Shown one piece after another: positions 29,970 to 40,535 of a stretch of 64,000 bases of DNA. Both the position numbers and the translations under genes were made by a program. Origin of the DNA: Lachnospiraceae bacterium (GTDB taxonomy: Bacteria > Bacillota > Clostridia > Lachnospirales > Lachnospiraceae); assembly GCA_025758065.1 (NCBI GenBank), contig CP107199.1, positions 3,312,949-3,376,948 on the forward strand, written 5' to 3'. The notes below the pieces were generated by a model. The model worked only from the letters and a program-made list of their open reading frames with translations, was not told the DNA's origin and made no database searches. Each line of letters begins with the position of its first letter. Positions within the stretch are counted from its first letter, which is position 1.

Positions 29970-31067
29970 TTACGCATCTGCCTCACTTGAAAATCTTGCT
30001 GCCTGCTCTGCGATCAGCTCTTTATCTTCAAAATAGTTGATCTTCATAGCACGCTTCATTTCTGCAAGAGTCTGTGCTGCTTTCTTTTCTGCCTTGATGC
30101 TTCCTTCTTCCAGGATCTTGTATACAGCCGGGATATCCTTTGCGATCTCTTTTCTGCGCTCCCTGATAGGGCGCAGTTCATCCTGGATCACGTTGTTTAA
30201 GAACTTCTTCACCTTAACATCGCCAAGTCCGCCTCTTGTATAATGAGCCTTTAATTCATCTAAATTCTTGTAATCTGGCAGATATTTTTCAAAATGCTCA
30301 TCACGGCAGAATGCATCCAGATAAATAAATACAGGATTTCCTTCAACCTGTCCCGGATCCTGAACACGCAGATGGTTCGGATCAGTAAACATGGACATGA
30401 TCTTCTTCTTGACCTCTTCTTCAGAATCAGACAGATAGATGCAGTTTCCTAAGGATTTACTCATCTTTGCCTTTCCGTCGATACCTGGCAGACGCAGGCA
30501 TGCCTTATTATCCGGAAGCAGGATATCCGGCTCTACCAGATTGCCGCCATATACAGTATTGAACTTGTGAACGATCTCACGGGTCTGCTCGATCATTGGA
30601 GCCTGATCCTCGCCAACCGGAACTGTGGTCGCCTTAAAAGCTGTGATATCAGCTGCCTGGCTGATAGGATAGGTAAAGAAACCAACTGGAATACTGGTTT
30701 CAAAATTACGCATCTGGATCTCAGATTTTACAGTAGGATTACGCTGTAATCTGGATACAGTTACCAGATCCATATAATAGAAGGTCATTTCGCAAAGTTC
30801 CGGTACCTGGGACTGGATAAATAAAGTAGATTTTGCAGGATCCAGACCACATGCCAGATAATCTAAAGCTACCTCGATGATATTCTGACGTACTTTTTCA
30901 GGGTTATCTGCGTTATCTGTAAGAGCCTGCGCATCTGCGATCATAATATAAATTTCATCAAACTCACCGGAATTTTGAAGTTCTACTCTTCTCTTTAAAG
31001 AGCCTACATAATGTCCTACATGAAGGCGTCCTGTTGGGCGGTCGCCGGTTAATATGATTTTTCCCAT
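29970..31067 (-). CDS. trpS: Tryptophan--tRNA ligase
   Basis: [20 protein letters not shown] and KMSKS. Confidence 0.97.
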   Translation of the reverse strand: MGKIILTGDRPTGRLHVGHYVGSLKRRVELQNSGEFDEIYIMIADAQALTDNADNPEKVRQNIIEVALDYLACGLDPAKSTLFIQSQVPELCEMTFYYMDLVTVSRLQRNPTVKSEIQMRNFETSIPVGFFTYPISQAADITAFKATTVPVGEDQAPMIEQTREIVHKFNTVYGGNLVEPDILLPDNKACLRLPGIDGKAKMSKSLGNCIYLSDSEEEVKKKIMSMFTDPNHLRVQDPGQVEGNPVFIYLDAFCRDEHFEKYLPDYKNLDELKAHYTRGGLGDVKVKKFLNNVIQDELRPIRERRKEIAKDIPAVYKILEEGSIKAEKKAAQTLAEMKRAMKINYFEDKELIAEQAARFSSEADA

Positions 31068-31113
31068 TGTATCTTATCCTCTCGTTATATAGTTATTTAA
31101 TTCTATCCATACT

Positions 31114-31187
31114 TATGATGTTGGGATCAAAAGGTATTTTGACCCCTCTGATACCGAATTGCTACGTGCTTTGCACTCCCGCAATTC
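31114..31187 (+). repeat. Family B intergenic repeat
   Basis: TATGATGTTGGGATCAAAAGGTATTTTGACCCCTCTGATACCGAATTGCTACGTGCTTTGCACTCCCGCAATTC; two hairpins; closely similar to 36561-36634. Confidence 0.9.
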
Positions 31188-31228
31188 TACTACTTATTGT
31201 ATAAGCATACCCCAAAGCTACTTTTCTG

Positions 31229-32287
31229 TCAAGAATCCGCATCCAGGCCTTCTCCCTGCAACACCTTCTTAAAGGCCGCCGGCAAAGGGGCAATAAACTC
31301 TTTTCCAGCCAGATAATCTAAAGGCTGCGCCATTTTTCCCGGCATCACCAGTTTCCAGGAATGGAGCAATTGGGAACGTACCTTGTATTTCTTCTGGATC
31401 TGCTCGTTCACCTTTGGGTCTCCATACTTAAAATCCCCTAAAATAGGATGTCCGATAGAAGCCAGATGTGCACGGATCTGATGGCTGCGTCCGGTGATCA
31501 GTGTGACCTTTAAAAGTGTTGCTGTATCGCTGCTCTTTACAGGCACATATTCTGTCATAATAGGAACGCTTCCTTCCACTTCCAGCGGATAAATCTGCAC
31601 TGTATTTTTCGCTTCATCCTTCTTTAAAAAACCGGCGATCATCTGAGGCTTATGGATCTTTCCCTTCACAACGCACTGATAATATTTATGGATACTCCGG
31701 TCCTTTAAAACTGCATTCATGATCTGAAGCCCCTGCAGGGAAGTTCCTGCTACAACCAGACCGCTGGTATTGCGATCCAGACGGTTGCAGATAGAAGGCT
31801 TAAAAGTACGCAGCTGGCTTACCGGCAGATGACCGGAATCAATAAGATAATTTAAAATATGCTCATTTAAGGAAACATCCCCTTCTTTGGCTTTCTGGGA
31901 AAGCATGCCGGAAGGTTTGTTCACGATAATGACATTCTTATCTTCATATATAATGGATAACTCCTGCTTTTTCTTCCTGCTGCCATTTTCCCCGTTTTTT
32001 CCGGCTTTTCCAGATTTTTCCAGGTTCCCGGCATGTTCTTTTCCTAACGCTTCTAACTGCGGCAGAGGCGTTGAAAACTTCTCTATGGTCTCATCTGCCA
32101 TAAACAGGCTTATTTCATCTCCCTCTTGTACACGCTCCGAACCATCACATTTCTTTCCATTTAAGGTAATATTTTTCTTGCGCATCATTTTATAGAGAAA
32201 GCCTTTTCCCGCCTGGCTTAAATATTTTGCCAGCAGCTTGTCAAGTCTTTGTCCTGCTTCATTGGAAGTTACTTTCAGTTTCTGCAT
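31229..32287 (-). CDS. RluA-family (RluC/D-like) pseudouridine synthase with S4 domain
   Basis: GQRLDKLL S4 domain, NRLDRNTSG catalytic motif and TGRSHQIRAH. Confidence 0.93.
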   Translation of the reverse strand: MQKLKVTSNEAGQRLDKLLAKYLSQAGKGFLYKMMRKKNITLNGKKCDGSERVQEGDEISLFMADETIEKFSTPLPQLEALGKEHAGNLEKSGKAGKNGENGSRKKKQELSIIYEDKNVIIVNKPSGMLSQKAKEGDVSLNEHILNYLIDSGHLPVSQLRTFKPSICNRLDRNTSGLVVAGTSLQGLQIMNAVLKDRSIHKYYQCVVKGKIHKPQMIAGFLKKDEAKNTVQIYPLEVEGSVPIMTEYVPVKSSDTATLLKVTLITGRSHQIRAHLASIGHPILGDFKYGDPKVNEQIQKKYKVRSQLLHSWKLVMPGKMAQPLDYLAGKEFIAPLPAAFKKVLQGEGLDADS

Positions 32288-32288
32288 T

Positions 32289-33074
32289 TTACCAACGTTC
32301 CTTTCCCGGTGCATACTCGATCTTTTCCATAATATCCAGGATCAGGCTGTGAGGAAAGACTTTCGCAAGAACCCAGAATACCTTCATCCATATCCCATAC
32401 ACGGAAACCTCTCTCCCTGCAATACTGTCCCGTATTGCTTTTGCCACAACCTTTCCCGGATCAGCCATGACCAGTTTCTTATACAGTGGAATTTCACCCG
32501 TTGTCTGTGCAATATCGAAAAATTCCGTGCGCACCGGTCCCGGACAGACAGCCGTCACAAATATCTTTCTGCTTTTTAATTCCCTGTTTAACGCCCGGCT
32601 GTAGCTTAACACATAGGCCTTTGATGCTGCATATACTGCAAAGCCAGGCTGAGGCAAAAAGGCTGCGCTGGAGGCAAACTGCAGGATACGGCTGTTTTGC
32701 GGCATAAAAGGAAGGACCATGGTGGTAACAGCAGTCAGGGCCGTACAATTTACCTGTACCATTCCTGTCTGGTCTTTTTCAGGAAGATCACATACATTGC
32801 CGATCTTTCCAAAACCAGCAGCATTTACAAGAAATTTTACCTGTGGCTTTAAACGGACCAGTTCCTCTTTTAAGAGCTCCCTGTCTTTTTCCTGACTCAG
32901 ATCCAGTGCAAACTTACGTACCGGGATATTCACTTTTTCTTCCAGCTTTTCAAGACGGTCTTTTCTTCTTCCTACTGCCCAGATCTCATCCAACCCTGAA
33001 AACTGTTCCCACAAACCAATGGCACTTTCCTGACCCATTCCAGAGGAAGCTCCTGTTATAACGGCTATTTTCAT
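32289..33074 (-). CDS. Short-chain dehydrogenase/reductase
   Basis: TGASSGMG, NAAG and YAASK. Confidence 0.92.
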   Translation of the reverse strand: MKIAVITGASSGMGQESAIGLWEQFSGLDEIWAVGRRKDRLEKLEEKVNIPVRKFALDLSQEKDRELLKEELVRLKPQVKFLVNAAGFGKIGNVCDLPEKDQTGMVQVNCTALTAVTTMVLPFMPQNSRILQFASSAAFLPQPGFAVYAASKAYVLSYSRALNRELKSRKIFVTAVCPGPVRTEFFDIAQTTGEIPLYKKLVMADPGKVVAKAIRDSIAGREVSVYGIWMKVFWVLAKVFPHSLILDIMEKIEYAPGKERW

Positions 33075-33076
33075 TG

Positions 33077-35113
33077 TCAGTTTCCTTTCTTTTTATGAAC
33101 GTTCCGGATGCCTTTTTTCTTTCCTGCAGATCCTGCTGTGTTCATTTTGCTGCCTGGGCTTTTTTCCATGTTTCTGCTGCCTGGACCTGCATTTCTTCCC
33201 CCTGCACTTTTTCCATTTGCATTTCTGCCCTTTTCATTTCTGGATCCGGTGCTTCTGCTGCCAGAACCTGCCCCATGTCCATGGAATCCTTTCTCATCAC
33301 GGACACTCTTATCAAAATTTCTTGGCCTGATGAGGCACTTCTTTTCAAAACCGATGAGATCCGTCCTGCCTGCGATCTTAAGAGCCTCTGCCACCAGATC
33401 ATAATTCTTCGGATTTCTGTACTGGATCAGTGCTCTCTGCATAGCCTTTTCATGAGGATTAATAGGCACATACACCTTTTCCATGGTCCGGCAGTCATAA
33501 CCTGTATAATACATGCAGGTAGAGATGGTAGACGGTGTTGGATAAAAGTCCTGCACCTGCTCCGGCATATAGCCCAGATCCCTTAAATACTCCGCCAGCT
33601 CCACTGCCTCTTTCATAGAGGAACCTGGATGGGAGGACATAAGATAAGGCACCAGATACTGGTCTTTTCCCAGCTTCTCATTCATCTGCTTATATTCTTT
33701 TACAAACTCTCTGTAAACACTGTTTTTCGGCTTGCCCATGCGCATAAGCACTTTATCTGCCACATGCTCTGGCGCAACTTTCAGTTGGCCGCTTACATGG
33801 TACTCACACAGTTCCCGCAAAAACTTCTTTCCCGGATCCTTTAACAAATAGTCAAAACGGATACCGGAGCGGATAAATACCTTCTTTACCTTTGGGATCG
33901 CCCGCAGCTTTCTAAGTAAGGAAATATAATCGCTGTGGTCCGCCCGCAAGTTCTTACATGGTTCCGGGAACAGGCACTGCTTATTGGGGCACGCCCCCTT
34001 TGTCAGCTGCTTTTCACAGGCCGGGAAACGGAAATTAGCAGTAGGCCCCCCAACATCATGGATATATCCCTTAAAGTCAGGCTCCTGGGTAAGAAGCTTT
34101 GCCTCGTCTATCAGAGACTCATGGCTTCGCGCCTGGATGATCCTTCCCTGATGGAAGGTCAGCGCGCAGAAGCTGCAGCCACCAAAGCAGCCCCTGTTGC
34201 TAATAAGGCTGAATTTTATCTCACGGATCGCAGGAACACCCCCGGCAGCCTCATAAGAGGGATGATAGCTTCGCATATAAGGCAGATCATACACATCATC
34301 CATTTCTTCCTGTGTTAACGGCTTTGCAGGCGGATTCTGTACTACATAGAACTTGCCTTCATATGGCTCTACCAGACGTTTTCCGGAAAATGGGTCCGTA
34401 TTGCTGTACTGCACAAAAAAGCTTTCCGCATACCTTTTCTTGTCCTCCAGAAGCTCTGTATAGTCCGGCAGCAGCTTATAATCATAAACTGATTCCAGGT
34501 TCTTTGTCTTATAGACAGTACCGTCAATAAAGGTAATATCTTTAATATCCAATCCGCTGTCTAAAGCATCTGCCAGTTCCACAATAGAATGTTCTCCCAT
34601 TCCATAGGAAATAATGTCTGCCTGGGCATCCAGCAAAATAGACCGCTTCATTTTATTAGACCAGTAATCATAATGAGCCAGGCGGCGAAGGCTGGCTTCA
34701 ATGCCGCCTGCGATAATAGGAACATCCTTATAGACAGACCGGATCAGATTGCAGTAAACTACCACTGCATAATCCGGTCTCTTTCCCATAACTCCCCCCG
34801 GAGTATAGGAGTCCTCTTTTCTGCGCTTTTTGGATACAGAATAATGGTTCACCATGGAATCCATATTTCCCGCAGACACTAAAAATCCCAGTCTTGGCCG
34901 CCCTAAGATCTGGATACTTTTATTATCTTTCCAGTCCGGCTGGGCAATGATGCCAACCTTATAGCCATGTGCTTCCAGCAGCCTTGAAATAATGGCTGTT
35001 CCAAAAGAAGGATGATCTACATAGGCATCTCCGGAAACATAAACAAAATCGCACTGTTCCCAGCCTCTTTTTTTCATATCCTCTTTATTGATAGGCAAAT
35101 AATCATGTATCAT
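33077..35113 (-). CDS. YgiQ-family (UPF0313) radical SAM protein
   Basis: [27 protein letters not shown] and QVQDFYPTP; basic Gly-rich tail. Confidence 0.93.
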   Translation of the reverse strand: MIHDYLPINKEDMKKRGWEQCDFVYVSGDAYVDHPSFGTAIISRLLEAHGYKVGIIAQPDWKDNKSIQILGRPRLGFLVSAGNMDSMVNHYSVSKKRRKEDSYTPGGVMGKRPDYAVVVYCNLIRSVYKDVPIIAGGIEASLRRLAHYDYWSNKMKRSILLDAQADIISYGMGEHSIVELADALDSGLDIKDITFIDGTVYKTKNLESVYDYKLLPDYTELLEDKKRYAESFFVQYSNTDPFSGKRLVEPYEGKFYVVQNPPAKPLTQEEMDDVYDLPYMRSYHPSYEAAGGVPAIREIKFSLISNRGCFGGCSFCALTFHQGRIIQARSHESLIDEAKLLTQEPDFKGYIHDVGGPTANFRFPACEKQLTKGACPNKQCLFPEPCKNLRADHSDYISLLRKLRAIPKVKKVFIRSGIRFDYLLKDPGKKFLRELCEYHVSGQLKVAPEHVADKVLMRMGKPKNSVYREFVKEYKQMNEKLGKDQYLVPYLMSSHPGSSMKEAVELAEYLRDLGYMPEQVQDFYPTPSTISTCMYYTGYDCRTMEKVYVPINPHEKAMQRALIQYRNPKNYDLVAEALKIAGRTDLIGFEKKCLIRPRNFDKSVRDEKGFHGHGAGSGSRSTGSRNEKGRNANGKSAGGRNAGPGSRNMEKSPGSKMNTAGSAGKKKGIRNVHKKKGN

Positions 35114-36538
35114 TTATAAAACCTCGTAAAAATCATGGATCAGCCGGTCAGCCAGCTGCTCCTTTTCCTCTTTCATTGTTTCTGAAAAATCATCTTCCAC
35201 TGCAATGACCTTCATTCCTGCATTTTTTCCTGCCATGATGCCTGCAGGCACATCTTCAAACACCAGGCAGTTTTCAGGCTTCGCTCCCAGACGTCTTGCT
35301 ACTTCCAGATAAATGTCCGGAGCAGGCTTTCCCGCTGCCACCTCACAGGCAGTTGCTACCACCTGGAAATATTGTTCCAGACCTAAAGACTTTAATACAG
35401 CATCTACCATTTCTCTTCCGTTGCTGGTGGCAATGCCCGCCTTAATACCTCTTATGGCAATTTCTTCCAGAAATTCCCTTACCCCAGGCTTTACAGGCAC
35501 TTCCTTCTGGTACTTTCCCAGAGACATCCCGATCCACGCCTCTTTGATCTCCTCAATAGAATCCGGCAATTTGAAACGTTCTTTAAAATACTCAGCTGTC
35601 TCAGAAAAACTCATTCCTTCAATAGCCTTTTGCAGATCTGCAGGGCAATCATAACCAAAACGGCCTAAATATTCAATATCGATCGCTTCCCACATCCACA
35701 TAGAGTCTACCAGAGTACCATCAAGATCAAAAAGCACAGCAGAAACACCGTCCAAAATATGCGTTCTGTCTTTTTCATTTATCTTTCGTTCCAACTCTTT
35801 CAGTTCTTCTTCTCTTAAAGTCCGGTACTCTCCCGGCTTTAAGGAAGGATCCAGCACCAGCGGTCCCATAGTCACACGTTTTAAGTATACCACTTTACAT
35901 CCTAAAACTTCAAACATACGTTTTACCTGATGGAATTTTCCCTCATGGATCCGCAAAGAGACTGCTGTAAGTCCCTCTTTCATGCCTTCCGGCGGGTCTA
36001 ATATCACCAGTTCTGCAGGAAGTGTCTTTACACCTTCTTCTATTACAAGGCCTTCCTGCATCTGCTTTTTTGCATCCTTTGGAAGCGTTCCCTCTATGTA
36101 AGCCAGATAGATCTTATCCACATGTTTCTTTGGAGACAACAGCTCATGAGCCATTGCCCCGTCATTGGTAATAAGCAGAAGTCCCTCTGTATCCAAATCC
36201 AGCCGTCCCACCGGGAACAGATCCTTTCGCAAAGCGGATCCGATCAGGCTTACTACTGTAGGATACTTTCCATCTTCTGTGGCAGATACAGTACCTGCCG
36301 GTTTATTTAACATAAAATATTCCGTCTGGGCATAAGAAACCCTCTGCCCATCCAGTACGACTACATCTTTTTCCGGGTCTATTTTTTCATCCGTTGCCTT
36401 TAATACAGCTCCATTTACCTGGATCCGCCCTTTTTTTGCCATCTCTTTGATCTGGCTTCGGGTCCCCTTTCCCATTTCCACCAGGAACTTATCCAGGCGC
36501 ATACTGGAATTAGAAGCTTTTTTCTTTTTATCTGCCAT
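35114..36538 (-). CDS. RsuA-family pseudouridine synthase fused to a HAD-superfamily phosphatase
   Basis: S4 domain (MRLDKFL), GRLDLDTEG and EGKFHQVKRM. Then FDLDGTLVDS, KPAPDIY and FEDVPAGI in the same frame. Confidence 0.9.
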   Translation of the reverse strand: MADKKKKASNSSMRLDKFLVEMGKGTRSQIKEMAKKGRIQVNGAVLKATDEKIDPEKDVVVLDGQRVSYAQTEYFMLNKPAGTVSATEDGKYPTVVSLIGSALRKDLFPVGRLDLDTEGLLLITNDGAMAHELLSPKKHVDKIYLAYIEGTLPKDAKKQMQEGLVIEEGVKTLPAELVILDPPEGMKEGLTAVSLRIHEGKFHQVKRMFEVLGCKVVYLKRVTMGPLVLDPSLKPGEYRTLREEELKELERKINEKDRTHILDGVSAVLFDLDGTLVDSMWMWEAIDIEYLGRFGYDCPADLQKAIEGMSFSETAEYFKERFKLPDSIEEIKEAWIGMSLGKYQKEVPVKPGVREFLEEIAIRGIKAGIATSNGREMVDAVLKSLGLEQYFQVVATACEVAAGKPAPDIYLEVARRLGAKPENCLVFEDVPAGIMAGKNAGMKVIAVEDDFSETMKEEKEQLADRLIHDFYEVL

Positions 36539-36560
36539 TTATTTTACCATTCTTCCATTC

Positions 36561-36634
36561 TATGATGTTGGGACAAAAAGGTATTTTGTCCCCTCTGATA
36601 CTGAATTGCTGCGTGCTTTACACTCTCGCCATTC
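36561..36634 (+). repeat. Family B intergenic repeat
   Basis: TATGATGTTGGGACAAAAAGGTATTTTGTCCCCTCTGATACTGAATTGCTGCGTGCTTTACACTCTCGCCATTC. Confidence 0.9.
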
Positions 36635-36640
36635 TGCATT

Positions 36641-38062
36641 TTACTGCCAGCGCCATCCTGCATAATATTTATTCTTAAGTGTCATTCCACTGCCTTTTGC
36701 CCAGCCTAAAGGAAAACCTTCTACTGTAACCAGACACCAGCCTTTAACTGGTCCTTCCTCATTTACAAGGCTTATGGTCTCTCCTTTTAAATATCGGATC
36801 ACCCGGTCATCTTCTTCCTTCAGGTCAAGGCGCACCGGATACTCCTCTTTTTTTAATGCCATTGCAAATGCCTGATCCGGTTCAAAACGGCCTTTCTTTA
36901 GCTCTCCTAAATGCAGTCCCGTACGCAAAAACCGCAGGGGAAGTCCTGTTCTTAAGCCTTCCGGCAGATAATAAACCTGGTCATCACGGATATAAATGCG
37001 GTCTAAGTCCCAGTCCTTTTTACAGTTTTTCAGAAACTTCATCAGATCTTCCTGTTTTTTGGCCTCTTTTGCCCGCTTTTTTGCCTCTTTATCATCTGCT
37101 CCGTGAGAAAGCTTTCTGCCAGTTTTTGGGCTGGTTTCCTCGCCGGAACTATTTTCATACTCACCCTTTTTATGGAACAATGCCAGGAAATGTCCTTCTC
37201 CCTGGATCCGGTGTGGGAACAGGCGGCCTGTCTCTTTATAGCCAAAGCCGTCAGAAAGCCCCTTAAACCTTTCTTTATCAATAGGAACCAGTTCCATGTC
37301 CGGATGATTTTCTAAAATAAATGACACATTTTCCTCATCCTCCTTCTTTGAGAAGGTACATGTAGAATAAAGCATCATTCCTCCTGGCTTTAACATGACC
37401 ACCGCCTGCTCTAAAATCTCCCGCTGGATGGGGCTGTAGTAATCCGGCCCCCTGTTGACCCAGTCTTTTACCATGTCCTCTTCTCTTCGGAACATTCCTT
37501 CCCCGGAACAGGGGGCATCTATTAATATCTTATCAAAAAACTCTGGCCATACAGCTGCCAGCTTTGCCGGCTCTTCACTTAATACACAGATATTTTCCGC
37601 TCCCGCCAGCTCCAGATTTTTAAGAAGGGCCCTTGCTCTGGAATAACTGATATCATTGGAGACCAGCATTCCTTTTCCCTGTAATTTTGCTGCCAGCTCC
37701 GTACTTTTTCCTCCCGGTGCCGCACATACATCAAGGACCTTATCTCCCGATTCTACAGGAAGGACAGCCGCCGGTGCCATTGCACTTGGTTCCTGAAGAT
37801 AGTAAAGGCCTGCATAATAAAATGGATGTCTGGCTGGACGTTCTGTATCCTCATAATAAAAGCCTTTTTCTGTCCAATCTACAGGTATCAGATTCAGGTG
37901 GGACATATTTTTAAATTCCTCTGGCGTAATCTTTAAAGTGTTTACCCGCAGCCCCGGTTTCCACGCTTCTTCATAGCTTTTTATATATGCTTCATATTCA
38001 TCTCCCAAAAGCTGCTCCATTTCCTTTAAAAACTCTTCCGGCAGCTGTTTTACATCTGTCAT
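36641..38062 (-). CDS. RsmF/RsmB-NOL1 family rRNA m5C methyltransferase
   Basis: YLQEPSAM, DVCAAPGGKS, DAPCSGEG and YSTCTF; C-terminal LKNKY..GWR. Confidence 0.93.
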   Translation of the reverse strand: MTDVKQLPEEFLKEMEQLLGDEYEAYIKSYEEAWKPGLRVNTLKITPEEFKNMSHLNLIPVDWTEKGFYYEDTERPARHPFYYAGLYYLQEPSAMAPAAVLPVESGDKVLDVCAAPGGKSTELAAKLQGKGMLVSNDISYSRARALLKNLELAGAENICVLSEEPAKLAAVWPEFFDKILIDAPCSGEGMFRREEDMVKDWVNRGPDYYSPIQREILEQAVVMLKPGGMMLYSTCTFSKKEDEENVSFILENHPDMELVPIDKERFKGLSDGFGYKETGRLFPHRIQGEGHFLALFHKKGEYENSSGEETSPKTGRKLSHGADDKEAKKRAKEAKKQEDLMKFLKNCKKDWDLDRIYIRDDQVYYLPEGLRTGLPLRFLRTGLHLGELKKGRFEPDQAFAMALKKEEYPVRLDLKEEDDRVIRYLKGETISLVNEEGPVKGWCLVTVEGFPLGWAKGSGMTLKNKYYAGWRWQ

Positions 38063-38181
38063 ATCATGCTCCTTCTATATAAAAATCTCATATCAATTGC
38101 CACGTACCTTACACGTTCACCGTCATTTTCAAAAAGACCACGCCATATATTAAAACAAACCCTGTTTTTTCAAGAGGACAT

Positions 38182-39189
38182 ATGAAACGGATCCTGTTAA
38201 GCCTTCTGGCTTTACTTTTCCTTATCCTGCTCCTGCTCTCTCCGGCCACTTCTTTAGAAGGCGCCAGAAACGGACTTTTACTCTGGGCTTTTACAGTTTT
38301 ACCCACCTTATTGCCCTTTATGATCGGGACCGGTATCATTGCTTCTTTAGGCACCGTACATCTTGCAATGCGTCCATTTTCGCCTTTACTGTCATTTTTT
38401 TTCCACTTTTCTGAACCAGCAGGTTTCGCTTTTCTCACAGGGTTATTATGCGGTTATCCTATGGGGGCAAAAATGGACCGGGATCTTTTAGAAAACGGCC
38501 AGATCACGGCAACGGAAGCAAACTGCCTCCTTGCAATCTGCAATCATCCAAGTCCCATGTTCCTTACCGGCTACACAACACTGGAAAGCCAGAAAATGTT
38601 CCCGGCTTCAGCACCTTTTCCACTGCCCATTTTTCTGCTCTCCCTTTATTTGCCTGTTTTTCCCATTTTCTTCCTTGCCCGGCATTATTATCAGAAAAAT
38701 GCAGAAAATACAAACAATATCTGGATTTCAACAAACAACAGCAAAGCAGTCAGTAACCTGACAGTAATGCCAAAAACATTTTCACTGGATGACCACCTTA
38801 TGAGCTGCCTTGAAACTATGGAAAAGATCGGACTTTATATTATGCTGTTTTCCATCCTGTCGTTATATCTTTTTAAGCTGCCTTTGCCTGGTCCGGACCT
38901 TTTTAAACCGGCTCTTATGGGATTTTTAGAGATCACGACCGGCATCAGGAATATCTGTGAACATGCATCTGGTCTTTCCGGTCTTCTCTTAGTCACTGCA
39001 AGTGTTTCTTTTGGCGGTATCAGCGGTATTTTCCAGACCCGGAGTGTCCTTATGAGGAACAGTGGTAGAAAAAATGCCGGACTTTCCATCCGGCATTATA
39101 TCTTCTGGAAAGCCCTTCACAGTCTACTTTCCTGCATATTCTTGCTTATTTTATGGAAGCTTTATGCTTCTTCCTTTTTCTCTTCCTGA
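38182..39189 (+). CDS. YlbJ-like sporulation integral membrane / nucleoside-recognition (Gate) protein
   Basis: GARNGLLLW..TVLPTLLPFMI, GLLCGYPMGAK and GFLEITTG. A sigma-E-like GTCATTTT...CATATATT lies upstream. Confidence 0.8.
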   Translation: MKRILLSLLALLFLILLLLSPATSLEGARNGLLLWAFTVLPTLLPFMIGTGIIASLGTVHLAMRPFSPLLSFFFHFSEPAGFAFLTGLLCGYPMGAKMDRDLLENGQITATEANCLLAICNHPSPMFLTGYTTLESQKMFPASAPFPLPIFLLSLYLPVFPIFFLARHYYQKNAENTNNIWISTNNSKAVSNLTVMPKTFSLDDHLMSCLETMEKIGLYIMLFSILSLYLFKLPLPGPDLFKPALMGFLEITTGIRNICEHASGLSGLLLVTASVSFGGISGIFQTRSVLMRNSGRKNAGLSIRHYIFWKALHSLLSCIFLLILWKLYASSFFSS

Positions 39190-39857
39190 GGTGCTGCCTG
39201 TGCTTCCGGTTCCTGCTTTACCAGACCTGGAGACAATTCCTTGCGGTTGTTTGTCACAATATCATAGCTGGACTGCATGGAACTCATAAAGGAATCAAAA
39301 CGTCCCTTTGCAGTTTCCATGGTATGATCCATGATGTTCTGAAGGCTGCGCAGCATATCATCCGTATACTGGATCGCACCCTGACGGATGTTGTTTGCAT
39401 CATTAACAGCTGCATCTACGATTGCCTGAGCCTGGATATTTGCCTGCTCAACTACCTCATTCGCATGTGCATATGCCCGCTGCATGATCTCATGGTCGTT
39501 GACCATCTCTGTAGTCTGGGCATCTGCCTGTGCTACCATGGTGTTTGCCTGCTCTGTTGCCTGTTCTACCATAGTATTGGCCTGCTCTGTTGCCTGTGCG
39601 ATCATAGAATCAGACTGCTTCTTTGCATCTGCCAGCATAGAATCAGACTGGGCCTGTGCATCACTTAAAATGGTTTCCTGCTGGCTGATGATCTTCTGGT
39701 ATTTCTTGATCTCATCCGGGATACGCATACGAAGCTCTACTAACAGCTCTTCCATTTCTTCCTTATTTACAATGATCTTGCTGTTAGATAATGCCTGGAA
39801 TTTGCAACTGTCTATGTATTCTTCAATTTCACCGATCAACTGTTCAATTCTGCTCAT
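39162..39857 (-). CDS. Conserved coiled-coil protein (DivIVA/ATPase-subunit-like) downstream of coaD
   Basis: SRIEQLIGEIEEYID...LRMRIPDEIK followed by 11-residue coiled-coil repeats; usual neighbour of coaD in Clostridia. Confidence 0.8.
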   Translation of the reverse strand: MSRIEQLIGEIEEYIDSCKFQALSNSKIIVNKEEMEELLVELRMRIPDEIKKYQKIISQQETILSDAQAQSDSMLADAKKQSDSMIAQATEQANTMVEQATEQANTMVAQADAQTTEMVNDHEIMQRAYAHANEVVEQANIQAQAIVDAAVNDANNIRQGAIQYTDDMLRSLQNIMDHTMETAKGRFDSFMSSMQSSYDIVTNNRKELSPGLVKQEPEAQAAPQEEKKEEA

Positions 39858-39881
39858 TTTATCGTTCTCCTTTTGTTTATG

Positions 39882-40044
39882 ATGTACTCTCGGAGTCTTT
39901 CCTGCACTTGCCTTTGCGGTCGATTTTCCGCCAGTTGTACCCGAATTTCATCAACGTACGCACCGCGTACGCCTCAGAAATTTGGGTGCAACTGACAAAA
40001 AATCTTCTCGCAAAATCAAGTACAAAAAGATTCCGAGAGTACAT
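39882..40044 (+). repeat. Family A full-length palindromic MITE-like element (163 bp)
   Basis: Terminal IRs ATGTACTCTCGGA/TCCGAGAGTACAT. Arms pair along nearly the whole length up to a CGTACGC-ACC-GCGTACG tip, and TATG flanks both sides. Confidence 0.88.
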
Positions 40045-40535
40045 TATGCTTTTTTCATCTCATCCAGTTTTTTTCTTACCTGCTCTGCAACCATAGGATG
40101 TAAAAATTCTGCGATATCACCGTCAAATTCTGCGATTTCTTTTACAATACTGGAACTAAGATAAGAATATTTCAGATTGGTAGTTAAAAATATAGTATCG
40201 ATCTCCGGTGCGATCACACGGTTGGTCTGGGCCATCTGAAGTTCATACTCGAAATCAGTGATCGCCCTTAAGCCTCTTACGATCACATTTGCATGGTTCT
40301 GGCGGACAAAGTCGATCAGAAGCCCTTGAAAAGACTGTACCTCTACATTGGGAATATCAGCTGTGACCTGCTTTAAAAGCTCCACTCTTTCTTCCGCTGT
40401 GAATAATGGCGATTTGGAACGGTTTCTTAAAACACCGATGACCACTTTGTCAAACATCTTAGCAGTACGCTGGATAATGTCAATATGTCCTAATGTAACC
40501 GGATCGAAACTGCCCGGATAGACTGCGACTCTCAT
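40044..40535 (-). CDS. coaD: Pantetheine-phosphate adenylyltransferase
   Basis: [24 protein letters not shown] and SSSIVKEIA. Confidence 0.97.
   Translation of the reverse strand: MRVAVYPGSFDPVTLGHIDIIQRTAKMFDKVVIGVLRNRSKSPLFTAEERVELLKQVTADIPNVEVQSFQGLLIDFVRQNHANVIVRGLRAITDFEYELQMAQTNRVIAPEIDTIFLTTNLKYSYLSSSIVKEIAEFDGDIAEFLHPMVAEQVRKKLDEMKKA

Noticed and set aside
31068..31228. T-box leader for trpS
   Set aside because: The spacer is too short, has no GGTGGNACCGCG T-box motif, and is mostly filled by a family B repeat.
39520..39660. 33-bp tandem repeats inside the gene downstream of coaD
   Set aside because: They encode ordinary 11-residue coiled-coil repeats (QATEQANTMV) and are degenerate at the DNA level.
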